64,000 bases of DNA from Candidatus Stahliibacteriota bacterium (GCA_030609135.1 JAUWCU010000002.1:4798-68797); one strand, 5' to 3'; shown: positions 9,211 to 18,078, numbered from the stretch's first letter. Numbers and translations: made by a program. Notes: generated by a model not told the origin, from the sequence alone.

Positions 9211-9248
9211 CAAATTCCTAAATACCTAAAATCCAAAATGCCTAAAAT
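9211..9248. repeat. Mosaic repeat module (AAATACCTAAAATCCAAAATGCCTAAA)
   Basis: Reverse complement of the module present at 35895-35925 and 55215-55245. Confidence 0.45.
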
Positions 9249-9341
9249 TGTAGTCGCCCGATTTATCGGGCAATGTCTGATAAATCCCGCAATCCTATTT
9301 GTAGAATTATAATACGAAGCGGGATAAATCAGACAACTACA
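9249..9341. mobile_element. MITE-like hairpin repeat, copy 2 (full length)
   Basis: TGTAGTCGCCCGATTTATCGGGC at the left end and GTCTGATAAATCAGACAACTACA at the right end (about 23-bp imperfect terminal inverted repeats). Internal long inverted repeat GTCTGATAAATCCCGC...GCGGGATAAATCAGAC with a TATAAT-containing loop. Confidence 0.6.
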
Positions 9342-9381
9342 GTGCTATACTCTCTATTAAGTAACGGTGTATTGGAGTATG
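9342..9381. repeat. 40-nt direct repeat (copy a) flanking the MITE copies
   Basis: gtgctatactctctattaagtaacggtgtattggagtatg is repeated exactly at 9711-9750. Confidence 0.6.
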
Positions 9382-9584
9382 GGAGTAATCGTGTAAAACA
9401 GTTATTGAGTTATAAAAAACGTATCGTTCGTTTAATTCGTTATTATCGTTTAGATCGTTTCGTCCATTGTCTTCTGTTAAGATGGTTTTTTTACGAATAC
9501 GATATTCTTTGTTTCTTCGTTGATCTGGTTTTCTTGTTTCTTACTTCTCACTTCTCACTTCTTGCCTCTTATCTCGGTAGCTAC

Positions 9585-9632
9585 GGAGTGCAGTAGCTTG
9601 CTACTGCATGCAACGGCAAGCCGTTGCACTCC
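9585..9632. repeat. Nested palindrome / potential structured element
   Basis: Outer stem GGAGTGCA/TGCACTCC encloses two hairpins, CAGTAGC-TTG-GCTACTG and GCAACGGC-AA-GCCGTTGC, joined by CATGC. Confidence 0.4.
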
Positions 9633-9662
9633 ATCTACTCTCTACGCCCTACGTTCTTTATC

Positions 9663-9710
9663 GTAGTCGCCCGATTTATCGGGCAATGTCTGATAAATCA
9701 GACAACTACA
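9663..9710. mobile_element. MITE-like repeat, copy 3 (internally deleted short form)
   Basis: GTAGTCGCCCGATTTATCGGGCAATGTCTGATAAATCAGACAACTACA: same terminal inverted repeats as copy 2 with the central hairpin reduced to GTCTGATAAATCAGAC. Confidence 0.55.
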
Positions 9711-9920
9711 GTGCTATACTCTCTATTAAGTAACGGTGTATTGGAGTATGCGAGTATCAGAGGATATCGTATTCGTAAATCGTCCCGCAAAGCGGGATCC
9801 TCGATTTACCGATCATTATATGCATCAATATGAAAAATCGGGATGCATCGTACTTGTAATTTTGGATTAAAACGAATACGATTTACGAAATACGAGTACG
9901 ATTATCATCTCTGCTGTTTA

Positions 9921-9948
9921 TTGACAGCAAAAGAAAATTGACTATAGT
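9921..9948 (+). promoter_or_regulatory. sigma70-type promoter TTGACA-16-TATAGT, 7 nt upstream of the valS ATG (leaderless)
   Basis: TTGACAgcaaaagaaaattgacTATAGTtatgctaATGgatgag. Confidence 0.5.
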
Positions 9949-9955
9949 TATGCTA

Positions 9956-12589
9956 ATGGATGAGTTTCCAAACAAATATGACTCTCAGGGCATTGAAGAT
10001 CAATGGTATGAGTTCTGGCTGAACGCGAATCTTTTCACGCCTGATCCACATTCCAAAAAACCACCCTATACAATTATGATACCACTACCCAATATTACGG
10101 GTCGACTCACTCTGGGGCATACCCTGAATAACTCTATCCAGGATATCCTCATCAGATATAATAAACTGACCGGGCATGAAACCTTATGGATGGTCGGCAT
10201 GGACCATGCCGGGATCGCCACCCAAGTGGTTGTTGAGGAAAAACTACTGAAACAAGGCATTAAGAAGGAAGACTTGGGTCGGGAAAAATTCCTCCAAATT
10301 GTTTGGAAATGGAAAGAAGAATACGCCACAACAATTCGAAAACAACTGAAAAAAATGGGTTTTGCCCTTGACTGGTCGCGTGAGCAATTCACGTTATCTG
10401 AAGACTATTCAAAGAAAGTAATTAAAATATTCGTTGATTTGTACAAGAAAGGACTTATCTACCAGGGTGAATACATCATTAACTGGTGTCCGCGTTGTCT
10501 ATCTGCTTTATCCGATGAACAAGTCGAGACTGAAGAAGAACCTGGTAAGCTATTTTATATCAGGTATCCGATAATCGGTACCGAGAATTTCATCACTGTA
10601 GCAACAACCAGACCTGAAACTATGCTCGGCGATACCGGAATCTGCGTTAATCCAAAGGACCGCCGTTACAAGAAACTCATTGGGGGTACTGCCTTATTAC
10701 CGATCATGAAGCGTGCCATCCCCATTATCTGTGATGATTATGTTGATCCGGATTTCGGCACGGGTGCGTTAAAGATCACACCAGCGCATGATCCTTTTGA
10801 CTTTGATTTGGCTAAAAAACACAACCTTGAGTTTATCAATATCATGAACCCTGATGCGACACTCAATGAAAATGCCAAAGAATACAATACATTAGACCGT
10901 TATGAAGCACGCGCCAAAATCATCGTTGCTTTGGAAAAAGAGAATCTGCTTGAAAAAGTCGAAAAATATAAGGTACCCCTTGCTAAATGTCAACGCTGTC
11001 ATACCGCGATTGAACCAAGAATTAGCAAACAATGGTTCGTTCGCATGAAACCCTTGGCTAAACCCGCCTTAGAGGTAGTAAAGAATGAGACTGTGAAGCT
11101 GTATCCAAAAAGGTGGGTAAACCTCTATAATCACTGGATGGAGAACGTTCGAGATTGGTGTATTTCCAGGCAACTCTGGTGGGGACACAGGATACCGGTG
11201 TACTACTGTTCAAAATGCCATGACGCAGAAAGCACAGAAGTCAACAAAACACGACTGAATGTAGAGATAAAGAATCCAAAAGGTATGTTTGTCTCAACGA
11301 AAATGCCTAAGAAGTGTCCAGACTGCGGTTCTTGTGATATTTATCAGGACGAGGATGTTCTCGATACCTGGTTCAGTTCCTGGATCTGGCCCTTTGCAAC
11401 GCTTGGTTGGCCAAGTAAAACAAAAGATTTCAAGCGTTTCTATCCAACTCAAACTCTGGTAACAGCTTGGGATATTATTTACCTTTGGGTTGCCCGCATG
11501 ATCATGGCGGGTTTAGAATTCACTGGGCAAATACCTTTTTCCAGTGTTGTATTCCACCCCATGGTCAGGGATAAAAAGCGTAGAAAGATGTCGAAAAGTC
11601 TGGGTAATTCTCCAGATCCAATGGATTTGATCGCCAAATATGGAGCTGACGCATTGCGTTACGGGTTACAACTTATTACACCGAAGGAACAGGATGTTCT
11701 GTACTCTGAGAAAACAATCGATGTAGGTCGGAAGTTCTGTAATAAGTTGTGGAATGCAGCCCGATTAGTCTGGATGAATCACAAGAACGACAATGAAACA
11801 GCACCATCAAAACCCTCAATATATGATGCTTGGATCATTTCAGAATTCAATCAATTCATTAAGAATACTAACAACCATTTTTCAAACTTTGAACTAAATG
11901 CCATTGCTCGGGACATATACGATTTTGTCTGGCATACGTTCTGCGATTGGTATCTTGAGATTATTAAAATCTGCCCGTCAAAAGATACCCCGAAATACCT
12001 GTTAAAACAAATCATAATTATGCTCCATCCCTACATACCTTTTATCACTGAAGAAATATATCACAAATTCAATTTCGCAAAAAAGAGCATACTTCTCGAG
12101 GATTGGCCAAAGACAACAATTGTGAAAACTGATATCGTAAATGTCCAAATCACGAAACGTTTGATTGAGGAAATCCGAAATATCCGTGGTCTCTTCAATA
12201 TTAATCCAAAAGAGAAACTTCAAGCAATAATAAACACGAGAAAAGATTTCAAGGATTTTATCGAAAGAAACATCGCGGTCTTGCAGGGGCTTACCGCTCT
12301 TGAAATAATAGAATATGACAAAACCCCGGGTCAATCCGTGGCAAGTATTATTATGCCAGATGTCGAATGCTATGTCGTACTTGCCGGTATTGATATAGCA
12401 AAAGAGAAAAAACGTCTGACAAAAGAAATAACCGCACTCTCAAAGAGAATCGATGAAATTAAATATCGTTTGAATAACCCAAACTACATACGTAAAGCAA
12501 CTGTTGATGTCAAGCAACGCGAGCGAGAACGCCTCGAATGTTTTTTGAAGAAAAAAGAAGGAATTGTTAGAGCAATAGAAAAACTATGA
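9956..12589 (+). CDS. valS: Valine--tRNA ligase
   Basis: Class I aaRS motifs (PNITGRLTLGHTLN HIGH-like region; KMSKSLGN), a ValS-type editing/CP1 region and a C-terminal coiled coil. MDEFPNKYDSQGIEDQWYEFW matches the canonical ValS N-terminus. The ORF-track start (TTG 9938) lies inside the -10 box, so the ATG at 9956 is preferred; the same stop applies either way. Confidence 0.9.
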   Translation: MDEFPNKYDSQGIEDQWYEFWLNANLFTPDPHSKKPPYTIMIPLPNITGRLTLGHTLNNSIQDILIRYNKLTGHETLWMVGMDHAGIATQVVVEEKLLKQGIKKEDLGREKFLQIVWKWKEEYATTIRKQLKKMGFALDWSREQFTLSEDYSKKVIKIFVDLYKKGLIYQGEYIINWCPRCLSALSDEQVETEEEPGKLFYIRYPIIGTENFITVATTRPETMLGDTGICVNPKDRRYKKLIGGTALLPIMKRAIPIICDDYVDPDFGTGALKITPAHDPFDFDLAKKHNLEFINIMNPDATLNENAKEYNTLDRYEARAKIIVALEKENLLEKVEKYKVPLAKCQRCHTAIEPRISKQWFVRMKPLAKPALEVVKNETVKLYPKRWVNLYNHWMENVRDWCISRQLWWGHRIPVYYCSKCHDAESTEVNKTRLNVEIKNPKGMFVSTKMPKKCPDCGSCDIYQDEDVLDTWFSSWIWPFATLGWPSKTKDFKRFYPTQTLVTAWDIIYLWVARMIMAGLEFTGQIPFSSVVFHPMVRDKKRRKMSKSLGNSPDPMDLIAKYGADALRYGLQLITPKEQDVLYSEKTIDVGRKFCNKLWNAARLVWMNHKNDNETAPSKPSIYDAWIISEFNQFIKNTNNHFSNFELNAIARDIYDFVWHTFCDWYLEIIKICPSKDTPKYLLKQIIIMLHPYIPFITEEIYHKFNFAKKSILLEDWPKTTIVKTDIVNVQITKRLIEEIRNIRGLFNINPKEKLQAIINTRKDFKDFIERNIAVLQGLTALEIIEYDKTPGQSVASIIMPDVECYVVLAGIDIAKEKKRLTKEITALSKRIDEIKYRLNNPNYIRKATVDVKQRERERLECFLKKKEGIVRAIEKL

Positions 12590-12996
12590 AATATATTGGA
12601 TGGATCGTAAGCCTTATTCTATTAGCTGGAGTGTTTGCCGCATATAAAACTCAATACGTGCCAATAAAAAGGGATATTGATAAGCTTGAAAAAGAAATCG
12701 CAATGTGGGAAGATGTCCTCAAGAACGAAAAAGGGTTGATCGGCGACCGTAACCGCTTTCCCCTGGATCGATTTTTCAAGAACAACAAGCTCACCCCTTA
12801 TGGTGAAGTCGAGATCCTTCGTAAATTCAGTATGGAGTATAAGAACCTCGAATTATACGTATCAGCACCACGAGCTTTGGATCGAGCTGCCGATATAATG
12901 CGTTTCCTTGACGAGCAACGAATTGAATACAGGATTCTGCGCTGTATCGTGGTAATCGATTCGGTCGAGCGCTTTGAATACAAGTTTTCCAAATAA
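12586..12996 (+). CDS. Hypothetical membrane-anchored coiled-coil protein (FtsB/DivIC-like architecture)
   Basis: 136 aa with an N-terminal TM helix and a predicted coiled coil; ATGA overlap with the valS stop suggests translational coupling. Confidence 0.5.
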   Translation: MKYIGWIVSLILLAGVFAAYKTQYVPIKRDIDKLEKEIAMWEDVLKNEKGLIGDRNRFPLDRFFKNNKLTPYGEVEILRKFSMEYKNLELYVSAPRALDRAADIMRFLDEQRIEYRILRCIVVIDSVERFEYKFSK

Positions 12997-13372
12997 CGTG
13001 AAATCCGCACCGTTTAAAATTTGGAGATTGGTCATATTCTTACTAATCGGCAGTATTGCTTTGGCTAATGGTTTCAAGAAAAAGGATGCCAGTTTGGCGA
13101 TGCTGCTCTGTGTCTTCCCGGGTGGTGGACAGTACTACACCGAAAGATATGTGCCCGGTATTGTTATCAGCGCAAGTGAATTGGCGATCGGCTATTATGC
13201 TTACAAATACCATAAAGAAGAGGAGTATGAGAAAAGGAATTCCATGCTTTGGTGGGGTCTTTTTATCTTTGGATACTCGCTCGCTGATGCCTATGTGGGC
13301 GCGAAAATGTACGGTTTTGATATTGAGGCGGACATAGATAAGGTATCACTAAGTTACACATTCAAATGGTAA
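12974..13372 (+). CDS. Hypothetical membrane protein
   Basis: 132-aa ORF with two hydrophobic segments; TTG start at 12974. An in-frame GTG at 12998, immediately after the upstream stop, is an equally plausible start. Confidence 0.45.
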   Translation: MNTSFPNNVKSAPFKIWRLVIFLLIGSIALANGFKKKDASLAMLLCVFPGGGQYYTERYVPGIVISASELAIGYYAYKYHKEEEYEKRNSMLWWGLFIFGYSLADAYVGAKMYGFDIEADIDKVSLSYTFKW

Positions 13373-13654
13373 TTGCCAACGGCAATAATCAAGGAATGAT
13401 AACCGCGATTCCAAAATCTTAGACTATTATTCTGTAACATAAATTCTTGAAAACACCATATTGTCATTGCCCGATCCCCTGATCCCTTCGACATATAACT
13501 CAGGACTACAGCAAGTCAGAGGACAAGCTTGATCCTCCGGTCAAGCCGGAGGACGCAATCCATAGTAAGCAACTTTCTGGATTCCCGCTAGAGTTTACCC
13601 CGTACTTGATACGGGGCGGGAATGACAGCTATCGGAAATTAATGTTACACTGCA

Positions 13655-13927
13655 CTAGTGATTTGGGCTATTCTTGACCTGTTTTATGGCTTTAAGTAGC
13701 TCAACCATGACTTGTGTATGGAGCTGGTTTTTGGTGAGATGGTACATGGTCATTATGTGTCCTACGTCGCTCGATACATACATCGGTGGCAGATTGTTTA
13801 AGGTTAAAGTCATGATGTCACGGTAGCAGACATCACATTTACATAAATCCTTATCATCCTCATACCTTCTGTTCAATTCTTTTCGGACTATTTTTTCAAT
13901 ATAGTTTTCATAGCTCGATTGCTTCAT
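13655..13927 (-). CDS. ComFB-like late competence development family protein
   Basis: 90-aa protein MKQSSYENYIEKIVRKEL...DLCKCDVCYRDIMTLTLNNLPPMYV matches the ComFB family (the four-Cys CxC/CxxxxC region and LN.LPP.Y). Confidence 0.55.
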   Translation of the reverse strand: MKQSSYENYIEKIVRKELNRRYEDDKDLCKCDVCYRDIMTLTLNNLPPMYVSSDVGHIMTMYHLTKNQLHTQVMVELLKAIKQVKNSPNH

Positions 13928-13929
13928 AT

Positions 13930-15939
13930 TTATCTACCTTTTCCTATCAAATCAAGGAATTTCTGCTCAGACAAAATCTTAACACCAAAACTCTTTGCCC
14001 GATCAAATTTAGAACCGGGTTTTGTACCGCAAACAAGATAGTCGGTTTTTTTAGAGATAGTCGATCCTGGATGACCGCCATATTTACGAACCATTGCTTG
14101 AGCCTTTCTTCTTGCTATTGATCTAAGTTTTCCAGTGAAAACAAATGTCTTGCCTCGTAAAAACAGGATCTCCTTTTGTTTTTGATCTAATGCAAAATGC
14201 AAACCTATTTTCTTAAGCGCCTCTATTAATTTGAGGTTATGTTTATTCCTAAAGTAATTTATTATACTTTGCGCAATAACATTCCCAATTCCATCTATTT
14301 TTTCATATTCTTCAATTTTTGCATTAATAATTGTATCAATGCAGCCAAATTCATTGGCTAAAATGTTAGCACAGTTGACGCCAATATTCGGGATGCCCAG
14401 ACCGTATAATACTTTCATGAAATTCCGGTCCTTACTCTGTTCAATGGAACGCACAAGATTCTTTGCCGACTTTTCAGCCATTCTCTCCAGATTTACAAGA
14501 ACACCTTTTTTAAGGCGATATATTTCGTCGAAACTCCGAACTAAACCCCTGTCAACAAGCTGGCCTGTCAGGGTTATCCCGAGTCCTTTAATGTCCATTG
14601 CCGGACGGGAAGCAAAGTGCAAAATAGCACCTTTGATTTGTGCTGGACATGATCTATTAACACAACGCCAGTCTGCCTCATCTGGTAGCCTGACTATTTT
14701 CTCCTTGCAAACCGGACAGATTCCAGGGAATCTAAAAACCTTTTCTCTTCTCCGGCGTCGATCGATTACAACGGACACTACTTTTGGAATAACCTCTCCC
14801 CCTTTTTCAATTACCACAAAATCCTTGATCCTAATATCCTTTCTCTTAATTTCGTCTTCATTATGCAGGGTGGCGCGGGAAATAGTTGAACCTGATAACA
14901 AGACTGGTTCCAAGAGACCAACTGGAGTTATCCGACCAGTCCTGCCTACTTGGAGCGTTATATCATTGAGTTTAGTTATTACCTGACGTGCAGGATATTT
15001 GTACGCAATTGCCCAGCGTGGACTTTTTATAGTAGTACCCAATACCTCGCGCTGCTTATAATTATCGACTTTTATCACCAACCCATCCACTTCGTAGCCC
15101 AAGGTTTCTCTTTTATTCTGCCATTCGCTAATACAATCAAGGACTTGCTCAATGGACGTACATAATCTCATATGAGGGATAATTTTGAAACCGCTATTAC
15201 CAAATGCTTTGAGGGTTTTGTAGTGAGAGCTATACAGTCTGCCAGGCGAACGCGGTACAGTATGAATAAAAATATCAAGGCCACGTTTGGCGACCTTTTG
15301 CGCAGCAAGCAGTTTCAGTGTTCCGGCAGCTGCATTGCGCGGATTTGCAAATGATGGTACATCTGATTTCTCCCGTTCTTTGTTGAGTTTTGTAAATGAT
15401 GATATCGGCAAAAATACCTCACCCCTCACTTCGATATTCTTCAAAGCAGAATCTTCAGTCATAATACGTAATGGTACTGACCTAATCGTCCTCAGGTTTA
15501 ACGTGATATCATCACCGTAAACACCATCGCCCCGGGTCGAGCCAAGTACCAATTTACCATTTTCATAAATGAGCGCAACAGCAACCCCATCCACTTTGAG
15601 CGTAACCTCATAGTTAACACCACTTTCAAGTACCTTTTTGACTCGTCGGTCAAATTCCTTGACTTCATCTTCTGAATAAGTGTTGTCTAGACTCAACATT
15701 CTTGTTTCATGTTCGACAGTTTTGAACTCTTTAAGTGGCTCGCCACCTATTCGCTGGGTCGGTGAATCTGGTGTGATGAGTTGAGGAAAACATTCTTCCA
15801 CTGACTGGAGCCTTTTGTACAACTTATCATATTCATAATCAGTTATCAGGGGACGGTTCAGTACATAATAGTGATAGTTGTGTGTATCGATTTGTTTTGT
15901 TAGCCGTGCAATCTCTTTTTTCGCCTGCGCTACGGTCAT
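13930..15939 (-). CDS. ligA: NAD-dependent DNA ligase
   Basis: KVDG adenylation motif (KVDGVAVALIY), OB fold, zinc finger (CPVCKEKIVRLPDEADWRCVNRSCPAQ), HhH and BRCT regions. The start is placed at the second ATG (MTVAQAKKEI...): the ORF-track ATG at 15963 lies inside the spacer of the promoter (-35 at 15968-15973, -10 at 15946-15951), and the shorter N-terminus matches LigA homologues. Confidence 0.9.
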   Translation of the reverse strand: MTVAQAKKEIARLTKQIDTHNYHYYVLNRPLITDYEYDKLYKRLQSVEECFPQLITPDSPTQRIGGEPLKEFKTVEHETRMLSLDNTYSEDEVKEFDRRVKKVLESGVNYEVTLKVDGVAVALIYENGKLVLGSTRGDGVYGDDITLNLRTIRSVPLRIMTEDSALKNIEVRGEVFLPISSFTKLNKEREKSDVPSFANPRNAAAGTLKLLAAQKVAKRGLDIFIHTVPRSPGRLYSSHYKTLKAFGNSGFKIIPHMRLCTSIEQVLDCISEWQNKRETLGYEVDGLVIKVDNYKQREVLGTTIKSPRWAIAYKYPARQVITKLNDITLQVGRTGRITPVGLLEPVLLSGSTISRATLHNEDEIKRKDIRIKDFVVIEKGGEVIPKVVSVVIDRRRRREKVFRFPGICPVCKEKIVRLPDEADWRCVNRSCPAQIKGAILHFASRPAMDIKGLGITLTGQLVDRGLVRSFDEIYRLKKGVLVNLERMAEKSAKNLVRSIEQSKDRNFMKVLYGLGIPNIGVNCANILANEFGCIDTIINAKIEEYEKIDGIGNVIAQSIINYFRNKHNLKLIEALKKIGLHFALDQKQKEILFLRGKTFVFTGKLRSIARRKAQAMVRKYGGHPGSTISKKTDYLVCGTKPGSKFDRAKSFGVKILSEQKFLDLIGKGR

Positions 15940-15945
15940 CAGCAA

Positions 15946-15973
15946 ATTATATATATATAACATCTTGAGTCAA
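15946..15973 (-). promoter_or_regulatory. sigma70-type promoter TTGACT-16-TATAAT, 6 nt before the ligA ATG at 15939 (leaderless)
   Basis: Minus-strand reading TTGACTcaagatgttatatataTATAATttgctgATGacc. Confidence 0.5.
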
Positions 15974-15997
15974 TAAGAACCCCTAACCTGTTGAATA

Positions 15998-16025
15998 TTG
16001 ACATTTACGTAGTTTTATATAGAAT
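15998..16025 (+). promoter_or_regulatory. sigma70-type promoter TTGACA-16-TAGAAT, 5 nt before the nadB ATG (leaderless); divergent from the ligA promoter
   Basis: TTGACAtttacgtagttttataTAGAATttagtATGctg. Confidence 0.5.
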
Positions 16026-16030
16026 TTAGT

Positions 16031-17566
16031 ATGCTGAAAAAGGTGGATTTCCTTATTGTAGGATCAGGGATAGCCGGCTTGACATTTGCCATCAACTCTG
16101 CACAATATGGTCAAATACTCATTCTGACTAAAAAGAACAGAGCTGATTCGAATACCAACTATGCACAAGGGGGTATCGCATCAGTTTTTAGCGATGCGGA
16201 TTCATTTGATTGCCATATCAATGATACAATCAAAGCTGGTGAAGGGTTGAGCCACCAAGATGCTGTGAAAATAATGGTCGAGAATGGTCCAAAGCTAGTA
16301 AGGAAACTGTATGATAAGGGTTGTCGTTTTACGCTCGATGACCAGGACAATTTCGCCCTCGGTAAAGAAGGTGGTCATTCCCAACGCCGTATTGTACATG
16401 CCAAGGACTATACTGGTTATGAGATCGAACATATCCTCTTGGAGGAAGTCAAGAGAAAAAACGTTATAATAAGTGAAAATGAAATTGCACTTGATTTAAT
16501 AATAATCGACGGCGAATGTTTGGGACTCTACTTTTTTGACGCTAACAAACAAAAAATTGACTACATCTTAGCCAATGCTACAGTACTCGCGACCGGCGGC
16601 ACAGGACAAATATATCTTCACACCACAAATCCACCGATTGCCACAGGCGATGGTATTGCCATGGCTTTTCATGCTGGTGCGAGAGTGGCAAATATGGAGT
16701 TTGTACAATTCCACCCTACATCAGTCTACAACATACAAATCGATGGTCGGGCTTTTCTGATATCAGAGGCGTTACGCGGCGAGGGCGGCATATTGAAAAC
16801 AAAGAATGGTAAACCATTCATGGATAAATACGACCCGGCTGGGAACCTTGCTCCCCGGGATATCGTAGCACGAGCTTGTGTTTCTGAAATGTATGCAACG
16901 AAGTCAAAATATGTACTGCTTGATATTTCGCATGTCAATGCTGGCTATCTGAAGAATAGATTTCCGACGATCTATGAAACATGCATGAAATGGGGTATTG
17001 ATATGACTCGTGAACCAATACCAGTAGTACCAGCTGCCCATTATACATGTGGCGGGATTTTGGTTAACACCTGGGGTGAATCGTCCATCAACCGGTTATT
17101 CGCCCTGGGCGAATGCAGTTGTACTGGGGTACACGGCGCAAATAGGCTCGCGTCCAATTCCTTACTTGAAGCCCTGGTTTTTTCAACTAGAGCATCGGAA
17201 AGAGCGAAAAAGATAAAATCTATTAGAACAAAAACAAGGATACCCGTGAAACAAGCCGCGCAGACCGGACCAGATTATAGATTGCAGATTAAAGAAATCA
17301 TGGATCAATACGTTGGTGTCATACGAACTGTAAAGGGATTGGAAAAGGCACACGAATCCATCAGTGACTTCTGCAGCAAGTATGATGATGGCATACACCT
17401 AAAAAACGCCGAAGCTCGAAATGTCGCCGATATTGCAATGCTCATAGTCAAATCCGCCATCATGCGTACTGAATCCCGTGGTCTCCACTATATCAGGGAA
17501 TACCCTAAGAAAAAGAAAAAATTCATGAAGGATACGGTTATTGAGAAGAAGGATATCGGAAGATGA
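16031..17566 (+). CDS. nadB: L-aspartate oxidase
   Basis: FAD-binding dinucleotide motif DFLIVGSGIAGL, an NadB/fumarate-reductase flavoprotein-family core (HYTCGG, RLASNSL) and an NadB-length C-terminal domain. Confidence 0.9.
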   Translation: MLKKVDFLIVGSGIAGLTFAINSAQYGQILILTKKNRADSNTNYAQGGIASVFSDADSFDCHINDTIKAGEGLSHQDAVKIMVENGPKLVRKLYDKGCRFTLDDQDNFALGKEGGHSQRRIVHAKDYTGYEIEHILLEEVKRKNVIISENEIALDLIIIDGECLGLYFFDANKQKIDYILANATVLATGGTGQIYLHTTNPPIATGDGIAMAFHAGARVANMEFVQFHPTSVYNIQIDGRAFLISEALRGEGGILKTKNGKPFMDKYDPAGNLAPRDIVARACVSEMYATKSKYVLLDISHVNAGYLKNRFPTIYETCMKWGIDMTREPIPVVPAAHYTCGGILVNTWGESSINRLFALGECSCTGVHGANRLASNSLLEALVFSTRASERAKKIKSIRTKTRIPVKQAAQTGPDYRLQIKEIMDQYVGVIRTVKGLEKAHESISDFCSKYDDGIHLKNAEARNVADIAMLIVKSAIMRTESRGLHYIREYPKKKKKFMKDTVIEKKDIGR

Positions 17567-17778
17567 ATTTCAAATGACAAATTACAAATAAATCCAAATG
17601 TCAAATGACCAACATAAAAAGAAAGAATTCTTGAAGAATACGGTTATTAGTAGGTCGATGTTTTGGGTAAGGATACAGGAAATCATTAATAGATTAATAA
17701 GCGTATTGCGAATGTCTGGACATTTTCACTTAATTCGCTGTCATTCGCATTTATTCGTTTTTTAAAAAGGGAAGGAGA

Positions 17779-18078
17779 ATGGAACAAGGCGAGATTGAGG
17801 TTTTACTAGAATTAGGGCAATCATATCTCTTAAACAAAGAATATGAACATGCAATTAAGAAATTCAACGAAGCCCTAAGTATAAACCCGTATGACCCCGA
17901 ATTGTATTATAATTTAGGGCTTGCTTATGAAGGAGCCAATAGGCTTTTAGAAGCAATATCAATGTATGAAAAAACATTATACCTGGATAAAACGTTCAGT
18001 AATGCTGAGATACGTCTCAATAAACTCAAGGGGAAAAAGACAGAAGCAAAGGAGAAATCAACCGAAGAAACAAAATGA
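17779..18078 (+). CDS. Small TPR-repeat protein (paralogue of 33036-33293)
   Basis: 99 aa with two TPR-like helical repeats; shares PELYYNLGLAYEG with the minus-strand ORF at 33036-33293; Shine-Dalgarno AAGGGAAGGAGA upstream. Confidence 0.6.
   Translation: MEQGEIEVLLELGQSYLLNKEYEHAIKKFNEALSINPYDPELYYNLGLAYEGANRLLEAISMYEKTLYLDKTFSNAEIRLNKLKGKKTEAKEKSTEETK

Noticed and set aside
9273-9833. ORF-track ORFs 9273-9596 and 9624-9833 in the mutM-valS gap
   Set aside because: Both are built from repeat sequence: the identical NQTTTVLYSLLSNGVLEY peptide comes from the 40-nt direct repeat and the MITE. There is no ribosome-binding site and composition is atypical, so they are spurious.
14339-14986. 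215-aa plus-strand ORF antisense to ligA, and the similar antisense ORFs at 22071-22610, 49746-50480, 55341-56009, 39257-39694, 60569-61030 and 57118-57582
   Set aside because: All lie entirely within well-supported genes on the opposite strand, have biased low-complexity composition and no homology. They are typical shadow ORFs.
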